From: a virus
Taxonomy: Duplodnaviria > Caudoviricetes
IMG/VR virus record: IMGVR_UViG_3300033072_000683
Location: 1-64,000 of that record
Length of the DNA stretch: 64,000 bases
Strand: one strand, 5' to 3'
The notes beneath the pieces were generated by a model. It did not search any database and had not been told where the DNA came from. It was given only the letters and a program-made list of their open reading frames with translations. Numbering within the stretch: position 1 is the stretch's first letter; each line of letters opens with the position of its first letter. This document shows positions 9,150 to 18,901 of this stretch, piece by piece. The translations under genes were made by a program, and so were the position numbers.

Positions 9150-9902
9150 ATGTCCTCACAAGTTACCCCGAGAGTTATGTTAATGAAGCAAATCGAGCTT
9201 GGTCTCGGTGCGCAAATGGTCGATGTTGAATTAGATGTTGAACACTTAAATCTTGCAATCAACATTGGTATTCAGAAATTGCGTCAGCAATCGGACGGAT
9301 CCATGCTTGAGAAGGATATCTTCTTACACATCACAAGGGACATTACAGAGTACACTCTTCCGGAGGAAGTGCAAGAAGTTCGACGTCTATACCGTCGTGG
9401 TGTCGGTGCATATACCAATGGCGGGGTCAATTTCGACCCGGTAGATGCTGCATTCTACAACATTTATTTGTTACAGCCCAATAGATCGGGCGGTTTGGCA
9501 ACCTGGGACTTTTATAATCAATTCTTAGAGACTACTGAACGAGTATTTGCCAGCCAATATAATTTCACTTGGGACGTAAATAACCATAAGCTAACAATTA
9601 TTCGTCGTCCGACAGCAGACGAAGAAGTGGTTGTTAGAGTGTATGCACAGAAATCCGAAGATGATATTATTCTAGATCCTTATACAGGTCCCTGGTTGCG
9701 TTCTTATGCAACGGCCACAGCAAAATATATGCTTGGCGAAGCAAGAGATAAATTCCCCGGCGGCTTCCCGGGCCCAAATGGAAATGTTCAGTTGAATGGT
9801 GCTACTTTGAAACAAGAAGCACAGGCTGAACTTGAAAAATTAGAGTTGCAATTGTTCAATCTGGTCACTGCCGGAAACGGATACGGATTCATCATAGGTT
9901 GA
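9150..9902 (+). CDS. Neck/head-tail adaptor protein (T4 gp13-like)
   Basis: LGAQMVDVELD, WLRSYATATAKYMLGEARDKF, GNVQLNG motifs; late promoter; ATG 9150 preferred over TTG 9114. Confidence 0.8.
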   Translation: MSSQVTPRVMLMKQIELGLGAQMVDVELDVEHLNLAINIGIQKLRQQSDGSMLEKDIFLHITRDITEYTLPEEVQEVRRLYRRGVGAYTNGGVNFDPVDAAFYNIYLLQPNRSGGLATWDFYNQFLETTERVFASQYNFTWDVNNHKLTIIRRPTADEEVVVRVYAQKSEDDIILDPYTGPWLRSYATATAKYMLGEARDKFPGGFPGPNGNVQLNGATLKQEAQAELEKLELQLFNLVTAGNGYGFIIG

Positions 9903-9905
9903 TTC

Positions 9906-10574
9906 ATGGGACTATCAGTATCAAATGCAATCTCACGAAATGTTAAATTAGGGAATTCTACAGTAATTCCTATTAGTCCTACCTACACCTGGACAACAAC
10001 CGATAGTTTTACCGACGGTGGATTAATGGTGTTGTCCAATGGCAATCAACGAATTACCTATACACCTAATGCAATCGGCCACTCTGGTTGGTTTAGAACA
10101 GCAACACCTATTACTGGAAAGACATATTGTGAATTCCAGGTAATTCAGCGAGGTGCGTTATTACCTAATGCTTTTGGTGTTACTACCGTGCCATCGAACG
10201 TATTCTATAATGCCGGTAGTGCAAGTATGTTCGCCGGTAACGGTGGCTGTGGATTATCTGCCAATGGATACTATAACAACGGTGTTCCAACAACAAGTGC
10301 TTCTTATAACTTTGTCCAGGGAAATAGAATTGGTGTTGCCTTTGATACAGTAAGTAAGAAATTGTGGTTTAGTAAAAATGGTACGTGGATTTCTGGTGAT
10401 CCGGCAACAGGCACATCTCCTACAATGACACTTGCGTTTGGTCTAACTTTTTATTTCTATTTTTCTGCCTATACATGTTCAATTTCGTCGGGAACTTTCA
10501 TCTACGAAATTTACCCTAACACTTCTTACCAGCTGTACCCCGTACCTGCAGGATTTAGTCCATATCAGCCATAA
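9906..10574 (+). CDS. SPRY/B30.2 (ConA-like) domain virion accessory protein
   Basis: GKTYCEF, GNRIGVAFD, KLWFSKNGTW motifs. Confidence 0.75.
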   Translation: MGLSVSNAISRNVKLGNSTVIPISPTYTWTTTDSFTDGGLMVLSNGNQRITYTPNAIGHSGWFRTATPITGKTYCEFQVIQRGALLPNAFGVTTVPSNVFYNAGSASMFAGNGGCGLSANGYYNNGVPTTSASYNFVQGNRIGVAFDTVSKKLWFSKNGTWISGDPATGTSPTMTLAFGLTFYFYFSAYTCSISSGTFIYEIYPNTSYQLYPVPAGFSPYQP

Positions 10575-10576
10575 TT

Positions 10577-10975
10577 ATGCCATTTCCAGATAGTTCTAAG
10601 AAAGCACCGAACGTATTCGTTGAAATAAACGACGGGACAGGTTCTCCTAGTGCTGCATCATCGTCGGTAAAATCTACAACAACAAAAGTTATCAATGTAA
10701 CCCCAACACCGCCGCCTCCCCTATCTTGCCCATTGCCTTCTTGGCTTGAAGATCAATACACAATTGATCTCTGGCATTTTGACGAAGGCATTGGTGCTAC
10801 AAATATTGCGGCCACAATCTATTATGGATTTTTCCCGCCATTAGATTTTCTTGGCGGGTCGTTTGTCCTGGGCCCAGCACAGACAAATTGTGGAACCGCC
10901 TTATACACCGGTGATCAATTCAATTCTTACGAATTACAATTGCTTGAACCACCAATGTTATTTCCTCCAGGTTAA
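10577..10975 (+). CDS. N-terminal half of LamG/ConA-like protein, ends at an in-frame TAA
   Basis: Pro/Ser/Thr linker then TIDLWHFDEG; same frame as 10979..11446. Confidence 0.55.
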   Translation: MPFPDSSKKAPNVFVEINDGTGSPSAASSSVKSTTTKVINVTPTPPPPLSCPLPSWLEDQYTIDLWHFDEGIGATNIAATIYYGFFPPLDFLGGSFVLGPAQTNCGTALYTGDQFNSYELQLLEPPMLFPPG

Positions 10976-10978
10976 TGT

Positions 10979-11446
10979 ATGCCAATTCCTGTTTTTGATC
11001 CTTTTTATAGTAATGAAGTGCAAATTTTATTTGCAGTAATGAATCCTGGCGTAGATAACGGCCCGTGGGATCCTTATAGTCCTAAAGATTTCTTAGCATC
11101 TGATGTATATTCCTATGCTGGAGGCGAAGGCGTGGCTAGACTCTATTTCTATGCTTGCAGTGGCGGGATGATGGCAACCAAAGGATTTGGTCCTGGAAAT
11201 GAACTAATTTTTTTGCCATTAGTAGATAATACATGGTCAAACATTAAGATTTCTTACAATTACGGATATGATGTCTTTACATTATATCAGAATGATAATG
11301 TCATGTATTCTGGATCGTTAATTTCTACATTCTCGCCAAGCTGGACCATTGATAACACTTCTGCAACACTAAGAGTCTACACCGGTACCCAATATGCGAT
11401 AGATGAATTGCAGAGAAAATTAATTCCTTTACCGCCGCTCCCGTAA
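10979..11446 (+). CDS. C-terminal half of the same LamG-like protein (or separate beta-rich protein)
   Basis: In frame with 10577 ORF, separated only by TAA-TGT; no SD. Confidence 0.5.
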   Translation: MPIPVFDPFYSNEVQILFAVMNPGVDNGPWDPYSPKDFLASDVYSYAGGEGVARLYFYACSGGMMATKGFGPGNELIFLPLVDNTWSNIKISYNYGYDVFTLYQNDNVMYSGSLISTFSPSWTIDNTSATLRVYTGTQYAIDELQRKLIPLPPLP

Positions 11447-11453
11447 ATAAAAT

Positions 11454-11482
11454 CTGACCTCTAAACTGTTCGTTTGTATAAC
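11454..11482 (+). promoter_or_regulatory. sigma70-type promoter for dNMP kinase
   Basis: CTGACC-N17-TATAAC. Confidence 0.5.
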
Positions 11483-11510
11483 TACAGTTAGACACAATTT
11501 AGGGGTTCAT

Positions 11511-12143
11511 ATGATTGTAGGATTGCTAGGTTTTATCAACAGTGGAAAAGGAACAGTTGCATCTCAGCTAGTAGGCGGATATAATTTCAGACAAGATAGT
11601 TTCGCTACAAGTTTGAAAGATGCTTGCGCAGCGATATTCGATTGGCCACGCCATCTACTTGAGGGAGATACAAAAGAATCTCGCGAATGGAGAGAAGTTG
11701 TTGATCCTTGGTGGTCGGAACAACTCGGTATTCCTAATTTCAGTCCACGTCTGGCATTGCAGGTAATTGGAACAGATGCTCTGAGAAACAATTTTCATGA
11801 GGATATCTGGTTCCTGACATTGCAGAACAGAATTAGAAAGAATCCTAATCAGCACGTTGTTATCAGCGATGTTCGATTCCCTAACGAAATTAAGTTCATT
11901 AAAGAGCAGGGCGGCGTTCTTGTAAAGATCAACAGAGGTCCGGCACCTGTATGGTACGAAACCGCCATGTTAGCTAATCGTGGAAATTCTCTCGCCAAAG
12001 AAGCAATGACCAGAACTTACTCTAGCGCACATTTTAGTGAGTGGGCGTGGGTCGGCTCAGAAGTGAATTTTGAGCTAAATAATGATGGTACCCTAGAAGA
12101 TCTTACTTCACAAGTTAAGGAAATGATCACGAAGATATTGTGA
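11511..12143 (+). CDS. Deoxynucleoside monophosphate kinase (T4 gp1-like)
   Basis: GFINSGKGT P-loop, PRLALQVIGTD, VISDVRFPNE. Confidence 0.9.
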   Translation: MIVGLLGFINSGKGTVASQLVGGYNFRQDSFATSLKDACAAIFDWPRHLLEGDTKESREWREVVDPWWSEQLGIPNFSPRLALQVIGTDALRNNFHEDIWFLTLQNRIRKNPNQHVVISDVRFPNEIKFIKEQGGVLVKINRGPAPVWYETAMLANRGNSLAKEAMTRTYSSAHFSEWAWVGSEVNFELNNDGTLEDLTSQVKEMITKIL

Positions 12144-12182
12144 GCTTGGTACTTCATTTGCCTGGTATTTAACGTCCTTCAA

Positions 12183-12190
12183 GATAAATA
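12183..12190 (+). promoter_or_regulatory. Late promoter GATAAATA
   Basis: Upstream of tail sheath. Confidence 0.7.
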
Positions 12191-12231
12191 CTCATAACAC
12201 GAAGCTAATTCTTCAAAGGAGTTAAAATACA

Positions 12232-14796
12232 ATGGCTACATTAGTATCACCTGGCGTAAGTATTTCGGTCATCGACCAGAGCATCAATATTGGTGCTGGA
12301 CCTGGCACAGTACCGTTAATCTTTATTGCCACACAACAGGATAAGTCTACACCTGAGGGTACAGCGACAGCCGAAGGAACAACAAAAGCTAATGCTGGCA
12401 AGGTGTATTCAATTACTTCCCAACGTGAGCTTGTACAGACTTTCGGTGACCCAATTTTCTATGAAGTTAGCGGAACTTCCCTAAATGGATATCCTCTAAA
12501 CGAATACGGTCTACTAGCTGCATACTCATATCTTGGCATTTCTAACCTAGCACGAGTTGTTCGTGCTGATATCGACACAGCTCAACTTGAAGCATCGTCG
12601 GTAGAACCAACAAGCCCTGCAAATGTAGGCACATATTGGCTAGATGAATCCCCACTGCCAGACGGTACAGCATGGGGTCTATTTGTTCGCACAGGTACTT
12701 TCCCTAACGAAATTTGGTCGCCTGTAACAGTCAGCTATGTTTTCAACTTCGCAACAGGTGTTGCAAACGTTCCTCCTCCAGCAACAGGTGCAAACGGTGA
12801 ATACGCAGTTGTATTCCAGACAGTTCCTGGTGAAATTTCTTACTGGCTAAAGACTGCCGGAACATGGAACCAACTAACAGGTGCATCTGGTGCTAACAGC
12901 TTGATTATTCAATCTGTATGGCCTGATCTAACTAACGTTGGTACTACACAAGTTCATTGGCTAAAGACTGGTTCGGCAGCACAAGGTGCTAACATTGTTC
13001 TACGTAGAATGGATGCTACACTTGCTAAGTTTGTTCAAGTTGAAGCTCCAATTCTAACAGATGATTCGGCTGCTGATACATATTACAGTTCTAATCCAAC
13101 TGGATCTGCAGGTCAAATTTATGTTCAGCCTACACCACTTGGTTCGGCAGATTCCCTAACATTCAAGATGAATGTAAGCGGAACATGGACAGTTATGACA
13201 ACAATCGTTGGTTCTGAAACTGTTCCTGTAAACGGTCCTGTAAATGGCCAGCTATGGTTTAATTCCGAAGTTGGTGTTGATAGCAACGGCGAAATCACAA
13301 TTGATATGCTAATTGCTGATGGTACCGGCGGATGGCAAAACGTCAACCTTGATGGTTGGACAACATTTAACTCGACATACGTTTCACCGGGCTCGATTAC
13401 TGTATATTCTCAGTCTGCAGATCCACGCGATAACGTTCCTGCACCGACATTGATTCAAGGTGATGTATGGGTTGACACAGATCAATCTCCATATCCTGTA
13501 ATTTATCGTTGGAGCGGTTCTGCATGGGTTCTAGTTGATCTAGAAGATCAAACAACACCAAATGGTATCTTGTTCCAGGATGCACGTCCTAACCCGATGT
13601 ACCACGCAGGTTCTTATTCTGGTGAAAACAACGGCGGTGGCGCAAACCCTGACCTAGATCCAGATGCACCCGATTCGGACTTGTATCCAAAGGGATTCCT
13701 GCTGTGGAATACACGTTATTCCACAAATAACGTCAAGGAATGGCAGAGCCCGTACGTCTATGACAATGTCACAGCAGAACCAGATGATACAAACAACGGT
13801 TCGACAGGTCGTTGGGTAACAGCTTCGGGTAATAACCCAGGTGGCGTACCTTACATGGGTGCAGCAGCACAGAAGATTATGATTGTTAAGGCAATCCAAT
13901 CTACAATCGTAAGCAACGAAGAAATTCGTGCAGAAGATTTGTACTTCAACCTAATTGCTGCTCCAGGATTTGTTGAAGCACTTGATGAAATGCTTGTTCT
14001 AAACGAAGACCGCAAGCAAACAGCATTTGTTGTTGGTGACTCTCCATTCACGCTACAGGCTTCCGGTACAGCAATGCAGGCTTGGGCAACCAACTCGGCA
14101 GTTGCATATGGCAACGGCGATGAAGGCCTAGTATCTGCAAGCAAGTATCTTGGCGTATGGTACCCAAGCGGTTTGAGCACAAACGTTGATGGAACTGATG
14201 TTGTTGTTCCACCATCGCACATGGCTCTAAGAACAATTGCTTACAACGATCAGGTTGCATATCCTTGGTTTGCTCCAGCTGGTTTGCAACGTGGTGTGGT
14301 TAACAATGCAGCATCGGTTGGTTACGTTAACAGCTCTGGTCAATACATTCCGACTAAGCTAACAGAAGGTCAACGTGATATTCTGTACGTTAACGGTGTA
14401 AACCCAATCCGTACAATGCCACAAGGCGGAATTGTTGTATTCGGTCAAAAGACACGCCAGAACTATTCTAGCGCAACAGACCGTATCAACGTAGTTCGTC
14501 TTGAAAACTACCTACGTTATCAGTTGAATCTACTTGCTCAACCATTCTTGTTCGAGCCTAACGATTCTACAACACGTAAGGCAGTTAAGGATGCATTTGA
14601 CAGATTCCTATCTGAATTGATCACATTGCGCGGTCTATATGACTTCTTGGTTGTTTGCGATACAAGCAATAACACACCAGCAAGAATTGATAGAAACGAA
14701 CTATGGGTTGATATTGCAATCCAGCCAGTTAAGGCAATCGAATTCATCTATATTCCGATCAGAATTCAGAATACAGGTGCAACACTTTCGATCTAA
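12232..14796 (+). CDS. Contractile tail sheath protein (gp18-like), 854 aa with large central insertion
   Basis: LVSPGVSISVID, YPWFAPAGLQRG, RINVVRL, FLFEPND, NELWVDIAIQPVKAIEFIYIP. Confidence 0.95.
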   Translation: MATLVSPGVSISVIDQSINIGAGPGTVPLIFIATQQDKSTPEGTATAEGTTKANAGKVYSITSQRELVQTFGDPIFYEVSGTSLNGYPLNEYGLLAAYSYLGISNLARVVRADIDTAQLEASSVEPTSPANVGTYWLDESPLPDGTAWGLFVRTGTFPNEIWSPVTVSYVFNFATGVANVPPPATGANGEYAVVFQTVPGEISYWLKTAGTWNQLTGASGANSLIIQSVWPDLTNVGTTQVHWLKTGSAAQGANIVLRRMDATLAKFVQVEAPILTDDSAADTYYSSNPTGSAGQIYVQPTPLGSADSLTFKMNVSGTWTVMTTIVGSETVPVNGPVNGQLWFNSEVGVDSNGEITIDMLIADGTGGWQNVNLDGWTTFNSTYVSPGSITVYSQSADPRDNVPAPTLIQGDVWVDTDQSPYPVIYRWSGSAWVLVDLEDQTTPNGILFQDARPNPMYHAGSYSGENNGGGANPDLDPDAPDSDLYPKGFLLWNTRYSTNNVKEWQSPYVYDNVTAEPDDTNNGSTGRWVTASGNNPGGVPYMGAAAQKIMIVKAIQSTIVSNEEIRAEDLYFNLIAAPGFVEALDEMLVLNEDRKQTAFVVGDSPFTLQASGTAMQAWATNSAVAYGNGDEGLVSASKYLGVWYPSGLSTNVDGTDVVVPPSHMALRTIAYNDQVAYPWFAPAGLQRGVVNNAASVGYVNSSGQYIPTKLTEGQRDILYVNGVNPIRTMPQGGIVVFGQKTRQNYSSATDRINVVRLENYLRYQLNLLAQPFLFEPNDSTTRKAVKDAFDRFLSELITLRGLYDFLVVCDTSNNTPARIDRNELWVDIAIQPVKAIEFIYIPIRIQNTGATLSI

Positions 14797-14811
14797 TAAT
14801 AGATCGACCAG

Positions 14812-14841
14812 AAATACCGGCCAGGGGGCCGGTATTTTTTT
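14812..14841 (+). terminator. Intrinsic terminator after tail sheath
   Basis: AAATACCGGCC-AGGG-GGCCGGTATTT + T-tract. Confidence 0.85.
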
Positions 14842-14842
14842 G

Positions 14843-14850
14843 GATAAATA
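14843..14850 (+). promoter_or_regulatory. Late promoter GATAAATA
   Basis: 6 nt before ATG 14856. Confidence 0.6.
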
Positions 14851-14855
14851 TTTCT

Positions 14856-15536
14856 ATGATAGATCTAAGGAGTTATTTTAGATATATTCCTTCGCAGGAA
14901 AATGTATCTTGTTGCACAGCTTCTGCAACACTCCTTGCATGCGAATACCTATATGCAAGACATGGTGATCATAAACACTTCTCAAGATTATTCCTCTATT
15001 ACATGACTAGAAAGTTACAAGGGAGAGTAGGGCAGAAAGGTGCCGAATTAAAGGAAACTATGAGGGCCTTATCAAAATATGGATGTTGTCTTGAGGTAGA
15101 CTGGCCTTTTATGGCAAATAGGGAAAACCGAGAACCTATTTCTAGAGCAGTGGATAACGCTAAGAATTATATGCTCGAGGAATACGATACACTTGATAGC
15201 ATCAACTTTAAGGAATATCTCAATAATGAACTTCCTGTAGTTGTGGGTATGAATGTCGGCCGTCGTTTTCTAAGGCTAGCAGGACCGATTACTGAGCACA
15301 CCTACTGCAAGATTGGAGACAATAATAGATATTCTCGGGGGCATGCACTGGTTATTGTAGGCTATGATGATACACTTTGTGGGGGTTCCTGGATTGCAGC
15401 TAATTCTATGGGGCTAAAGTGGGGGGATCGTGGATTCGCTGCTATACCCTATGAATGTAATCAGGATATAGGCGAGGCATATGTCGTGAAAAGATTCGGA
15501 AATAAGACCACCGAGAAAAAAATTTCTGACAATTGA
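14856..15536 (+). CDS. Papain-like (C1A) cysteine peptidase
   Basis: QENVSCCTA (oxyanion Gln, catalytic Cys), SRLFLYY, GHALVIVGYDD, WIAANSMG..WGDRGF. Confidence 0.85.
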   Translation: MIDLRSYFRYIPSQENVSCCTASATLLACEYLYARHGDHKHFSRLFLYYMTRKLQGRVGQKGAELKETMRALSKYGCCLEVDWPFMANRENREPISRAVDNAKNYMLEEYDTLDSINFKEYLNNELPVVVGMNVGRRFLRLAGPITEHTYCKIGDNNRYSRGHALVIVGYDDTLCGGSWIAANSMGLKWGDRGFAAIPYECNQDIGEAYVVKRFGNKTTEKKISDN

Positions 15537-15542
15537 TAAATA
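15535..15542 (+). promoter_or_regulatory. Late promoter GATAAATA
   Basis: Upstream of tail tube. Confidence 0.7.
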
Positions 15543-15570
15543 GTATTAGCTTTAATAGCAGGAGAAAAAG

Positions 15571-16185
15571 ATGGCAAATTTAGCTAAGTTTGGTATTCCA
15601 CTAGACGGTAACAAGCTAGGTATCCTTCACCCAAAGCAGAAATATCGCTTTAGAGTAGTCTGGCAAAACTTCGGTGAAAATAATGGTCTACGTGAAATGA
15701 CTGCGAACGTAGTTACTTGCACACGACCAAAGATCATTGAAAACGAAGTTGAATTGCATTCATACAACTCGGTTGCTTGGATTCGCGGTAAGCACTCCTT
15801 CGATCCTATTGAAATTACTCTGCGTGATGATATCACAAATGCAGTTGTTTCTTCGATTGGTGCGCAGATCCAGAAGCAAATGAACCACTTCGAACAGACA
15901 AGTGCTGTAGCAGGTATCAACTACAAGTTTTCTATGGAAATCCATACACTTGATGGTACTGATAACGATCAGCTTGAGTCTTGGGTTCTAGACGGTTGCT
16001 GGATTCAGCAGGCTGCATATGGTGATCATGACTACGCAAGTGGTGATCCTAACATCGTTACCCTAACAATTCGATTCGACAACGCAACCAACGTTTCTGG
16101 TCCAAATACTAACGACGGAACAACAGTCGGCGGCAACCCATATCCAGATATCGCAAGCCCAACTGGCGGTACAACCTTCGCTTAA
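15571..16185 (+). CDS. Tail tube protein (gp19-like)
   Basis: HPKQKYRFRV, CTRPK, FDPIEITLRDD, LTIRFDNA; follows sheath. Confidence 0.9.
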   Translation: MANLAKFGIPLDGNKLGILHPKQKYRFRVVWQNFGENNGLREMTANVVTCTRPKIIENEVELHSYNSVAWIRGKHSFDPIEITLRDDITNAVVSSIGAQIQKQMNHFEQTSAVAGINYKFSMEIHTLDGTDNDQLESWVLDGCWIQQAAYGDHDYASGDPNIVTLTIRFDNATNVSGPNTNDGTTVGGNPYPDIASPTGGTTFA

Positions 16186-16205
16186 TCGCGAGCTGGAGGC
16201 GGTAA

Positions 16206-17465
16206 GTGCCTAGCTTTTCGAGTCTGTTCACTTCACTAACTGGCGCGGGATTCTTCTATGAGAAGAGTCCCCGTCATACTACCTACGTTTTCAACCAAGA
16301 CAGTCAAGCCTTATACAGAAATCAACCAAGATTTCCGTTTGAGTATTATGTGACTATCAATTTGAATAACGTAGGCACAGCTTCATCGTTTATTGGACAA
16401 TTCTACAATAACCCTACCTGGCAGCAAGTTCCACCACTAATTAAGAGTGTGGAAATGCCAAGCATGAAAATTGAAACTACACCACTAAATCAGTACAATA
16501 GAAAAAGATTAAGTCAGACAAGAATTAATTTTGAACCTATTAAGATGGTGTTCCACGATGTTGCTGATGGCAAGACACTGAAGTTCTGGGAAATGTACTA
16601 TAGATACTACTTTCAGGATGGTACCGAACCGGGCAAGAACCAAGTAAAGCAAGCACAAGGTAACAACAAACAATATTCCGTTGAGCAATTCTTAAAAAAC
16701 ATTACGCCGAAAATTAATCCTAACATTCTGAGTTTGCCATCTAGCATTAAGGATGTTTTCAGTGGTGGTCCAAATAAGAATAATGCTCTTCCTACAAACT
16801 CTGATGGTGAAAAGGCTGCAATTCAAAATATTGTGGCCGATACATTAGATAATCATCACTTTGGTTTTAACTTACCTACAGTTGGTAATATTAGAAACCT
16901 GATTCAGTCTATTGATATCTTCCAAGTTCACGGCGGACGTTTCAATGCTGTACGTCTAGTTAATCCTAGAATTTCAGCATTTACCCACGATCAGTTAAAT
17001 TATGCAGTCGGTGATAGAACATTAGAACTAACAATGTCTATCGAATATGAATATGCATACTATATCATTCAGAATTTAAAGCTTGGTTCCGATGATCCTA
17101 TAAAGTCTTCAAAAGAACCCTTTGAGCATGGCGAATTCCTTGAACTACCTGCACTAGCATTCAATACTACGCTTATGGATTTCATTGAATCTAACAATCC
17201 GTTGTTGAATTCTGATAATCCTATTCTGCAAAGAATTGGTAAAAACGTACAATCAAGTGTTGGTGCTGTAACAGGATCGTTCCTGTCCGATAAGGTTGTT
17301 AGAAAAGTAAGTGCCGGCGCACTAGACGGATTGGCTAACATTAATCCGAAGCCGTACTATCCTCAATCTGCGCCGCAGGTTTCTACAAGGCCGTTTAAAT
17401 CCACTGCTTCTCAGGCAACACCGATGTATAAAGATGTAAACAGAACAGGTGGTAATGGTGGCTAA
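16206..17465 (+). CDS. Tail-tube-fold baseplate/tube-initiator protein (gp48/gp54-like)
   Basis: IKSVEMPSMKI, NQYNRKR, FEPIKMVFHD, LVNPRISAFTHDQL. Confidence 0.7.
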   Translation: MPSFSSLFTSLTGAGFFYEKSPRHTTYVFNQDSQALYRNQPRFPFEYYVTINLNNVGTASSFIGQFYNNPTWQQVPPLIKSVEMPSMKIETTPLNQYNRKRLSQTRINFEPIKMVFHDVADGKTLKFWEMYYRYYFQDGTEPGKNQVKQAQGNNKQYSVEQFLKNITPKINPNILSLPSSIKDVFSGGPNKNNALPTNSDGEKAAIQNIVADTLDNHHFGFNLPTVGNIRNLIQSIDIFQVHGGRFNAVRLVNPRISAFTHDQLNYAVGDRTLELTMSIEYEYAYYIIQNLKLGSDDPIKSSKEPFEHGEFLELPALAFNTTLMDFIESNNPLLNSDNPILQRIGKNVQSSVGAVTGSFLSDKVVRKVSAGALDGLANINPKPYYPQSAPQVSTRPFKSTASQATPMYKDVNRTGGNGG

Positions 17466-17931
17466 TTCTAACATTTCGTCCCTAGGCCGCTTCAGTTCTC
17501 AAATGCTTACCTATTTGGGTACGCAGAGAACTGTTAAGTCTGTTACCGGTTCGCCGAATAACACATTTAAGTATGCTACCGGACCAACTGTATTCCCGAA
17601 TCCCGGATCACTTCAGCAATCTAAGCTTGGTGCCGGTGTTTCTGGTGCCTATTCTCCCGAATGGTATAATAATACACGATGCTATTTCCTGGCACGAGGT
17701 GCATCGGCAGTTTATGCTGACACCATGACGGGAATAGTCATTGATATGGCAACAACCTTAGGCCTTACACCTCAGTCATTGCTAGAGCAAGTTGACGACA
17801 ATGGTAAGCTATTTTTTGACGCGAATGCATATAGAACATTCAATATGCTAAGAGACCCGGGACATCAGGTCGGTACCGTTACGTCAGTCGACAACAGATA
17901 TAGTCTAAAAGCTAAAGAAATAAGGGTATAA
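17455..17931 (+). CDS. Hypothetical virion protein
   Basis: ORF coupled within the tail operon. Confidence 0.65.
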   Translation: MVANSNISSLGRFSSQMLTYLGTQRTVKSVTGSPNNTFKYATGPTVFPNPGSLQQSKLGAGVSGAYSPEWYNNTRCYFLARGASAVYADTMTGIVIDMATTLGLTPQSLLEQVDDNGKLFFDANAYRTFNMLRDPGHQVGTVTSVDNRYSLKAKEIRV

Positions 17932-18369
17932 ATGAGATCATATGTTCAGGGAGAATATAAACCTGTAAATCCCGACAAGTATGTCGGTGCGTACCCTATC
18001 TATTTCAGATCGTCGTGGGAGTTCAAAGTTATGCAACTCTTCGACACCAATCCAAACATTATTTCCTGGGCAAGCGAATCCTTAAAGATTCCTTATAAAA
18101 ATCCCTTTACGAATAAATACACTGTGTATGTGCCTGATTTCGTGGTCACTTATGTAGACGCTAAAGGTAATCAAAAAACTGAGATTATTGAGGTAAAGCC
18201 AGCCAAGGAAACTTTCTTAGAACAGGCTAAGAGTCAAAAGGCTAAGGCAGCGGTCGCATTGAATACATTCAAATGGGCAGCAGCACAAGCATTTGCGAAG
18301 CATCACGGCATGTCATTCAGGGTTATGAATGAGGAAAATATCTTCAATAATCCAAAAGGAAAGGCTTGA
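17932..18369 (+). CDS. Head completion nuclease (T4 gp4-like, TnsA-type PD-(D/E)XK)
   Basis: PVNPDKYVG, FRSSWE, WASE, YVPDF, IEVKP. Confidence 0.9.
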   Translation: MRSYVQGEYKPVNPDKYVGAYPIYFRSSWEFKVMQLFDTNPNIISWASESLKIPYKNPFTNKYTVYVPDFVVTYVDAKGNQKTEIIEVKPAKETFLEQAKSQKAKAAVALNTFKWAAAQAFAKHHGMSFRVMNEENIFNNPKGKA

Positions 18370-18878
18370 TGACTAAGAAAATGGAAGAATTCTTTAATTT
18401 GCCTCCCAGCGACGAGCCGGAGGCAGAAGAATCGTTACCCGCTAAATCTCGTGAAGAGCTTTTTGAAGAAGCTCAGCAGATCTATTCCTCCCTAACAACA
18501 GCAGAAAAAGTAGACGTTGCATTACCTACGGTTTCGGGTTTAGATACCCATGATACCGAAATGGACGAAATTGCTAAGAAGGCGGTTGATACATTCAACG
18601 ACTTAATTGCATTAGGTGGGAATGTGCCAGATATGCATGCCGGAAAGATTTACGAAGTAGCAGGGCAGATGCTTAAGACTGCACTTGAAGCTAAGAATGC
18701 GAAGGCAGAGCGTAAACTCAAGATGATTGAGTTACAGCTTAAGAAAGTTCGAGCAGAACAAATTGATTTCGAAAATGGTAACGGTCAACGCCAGGGCGGT
18801 GGGCAAGGAGGCGAGTTTGACCGTAACGAACTCCTGAAATATATTGTTAGCAACAAATCAGAAAAATCTGATAAATAG
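18369..18878 (+). CDS. Putative terminase small subunit
   Basis: Helical/coiled-coil 170 aa ending DRNELLK (gp16-like), upstream of TerL. Confidence 0.5.
   Translation: MTKKMEEFFNLPPSDEPEAEESLPAKSREELFEEAQQIYSSLTTAEKVDVALPTVSGLDTHDTEMDEIAKKAVDTFNDLIALGGNVPDMHAGKIYEVAGQMLKTALEAKNAKAERKLKMIELQLKKVRAEQIDFENGNGQRQGGGQGGEFDRNELLKYIVSNKSEKSDK
18870..18877 (+). promoter_or_regulatory. Late promoter GATAAATA
   Basis: Octamer match. Confidence 0.65.
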
Positions 18879-18901
18879 TCATAACACTGGAGTTTACTAT
18901 A

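Noticed and set aside
17932-18369. TnsA-like endonuclease as sign of a Tn7-like element
   Set aside because: Sequence and position match the T4 gp4-type head completion protein; no transposase partners or ends
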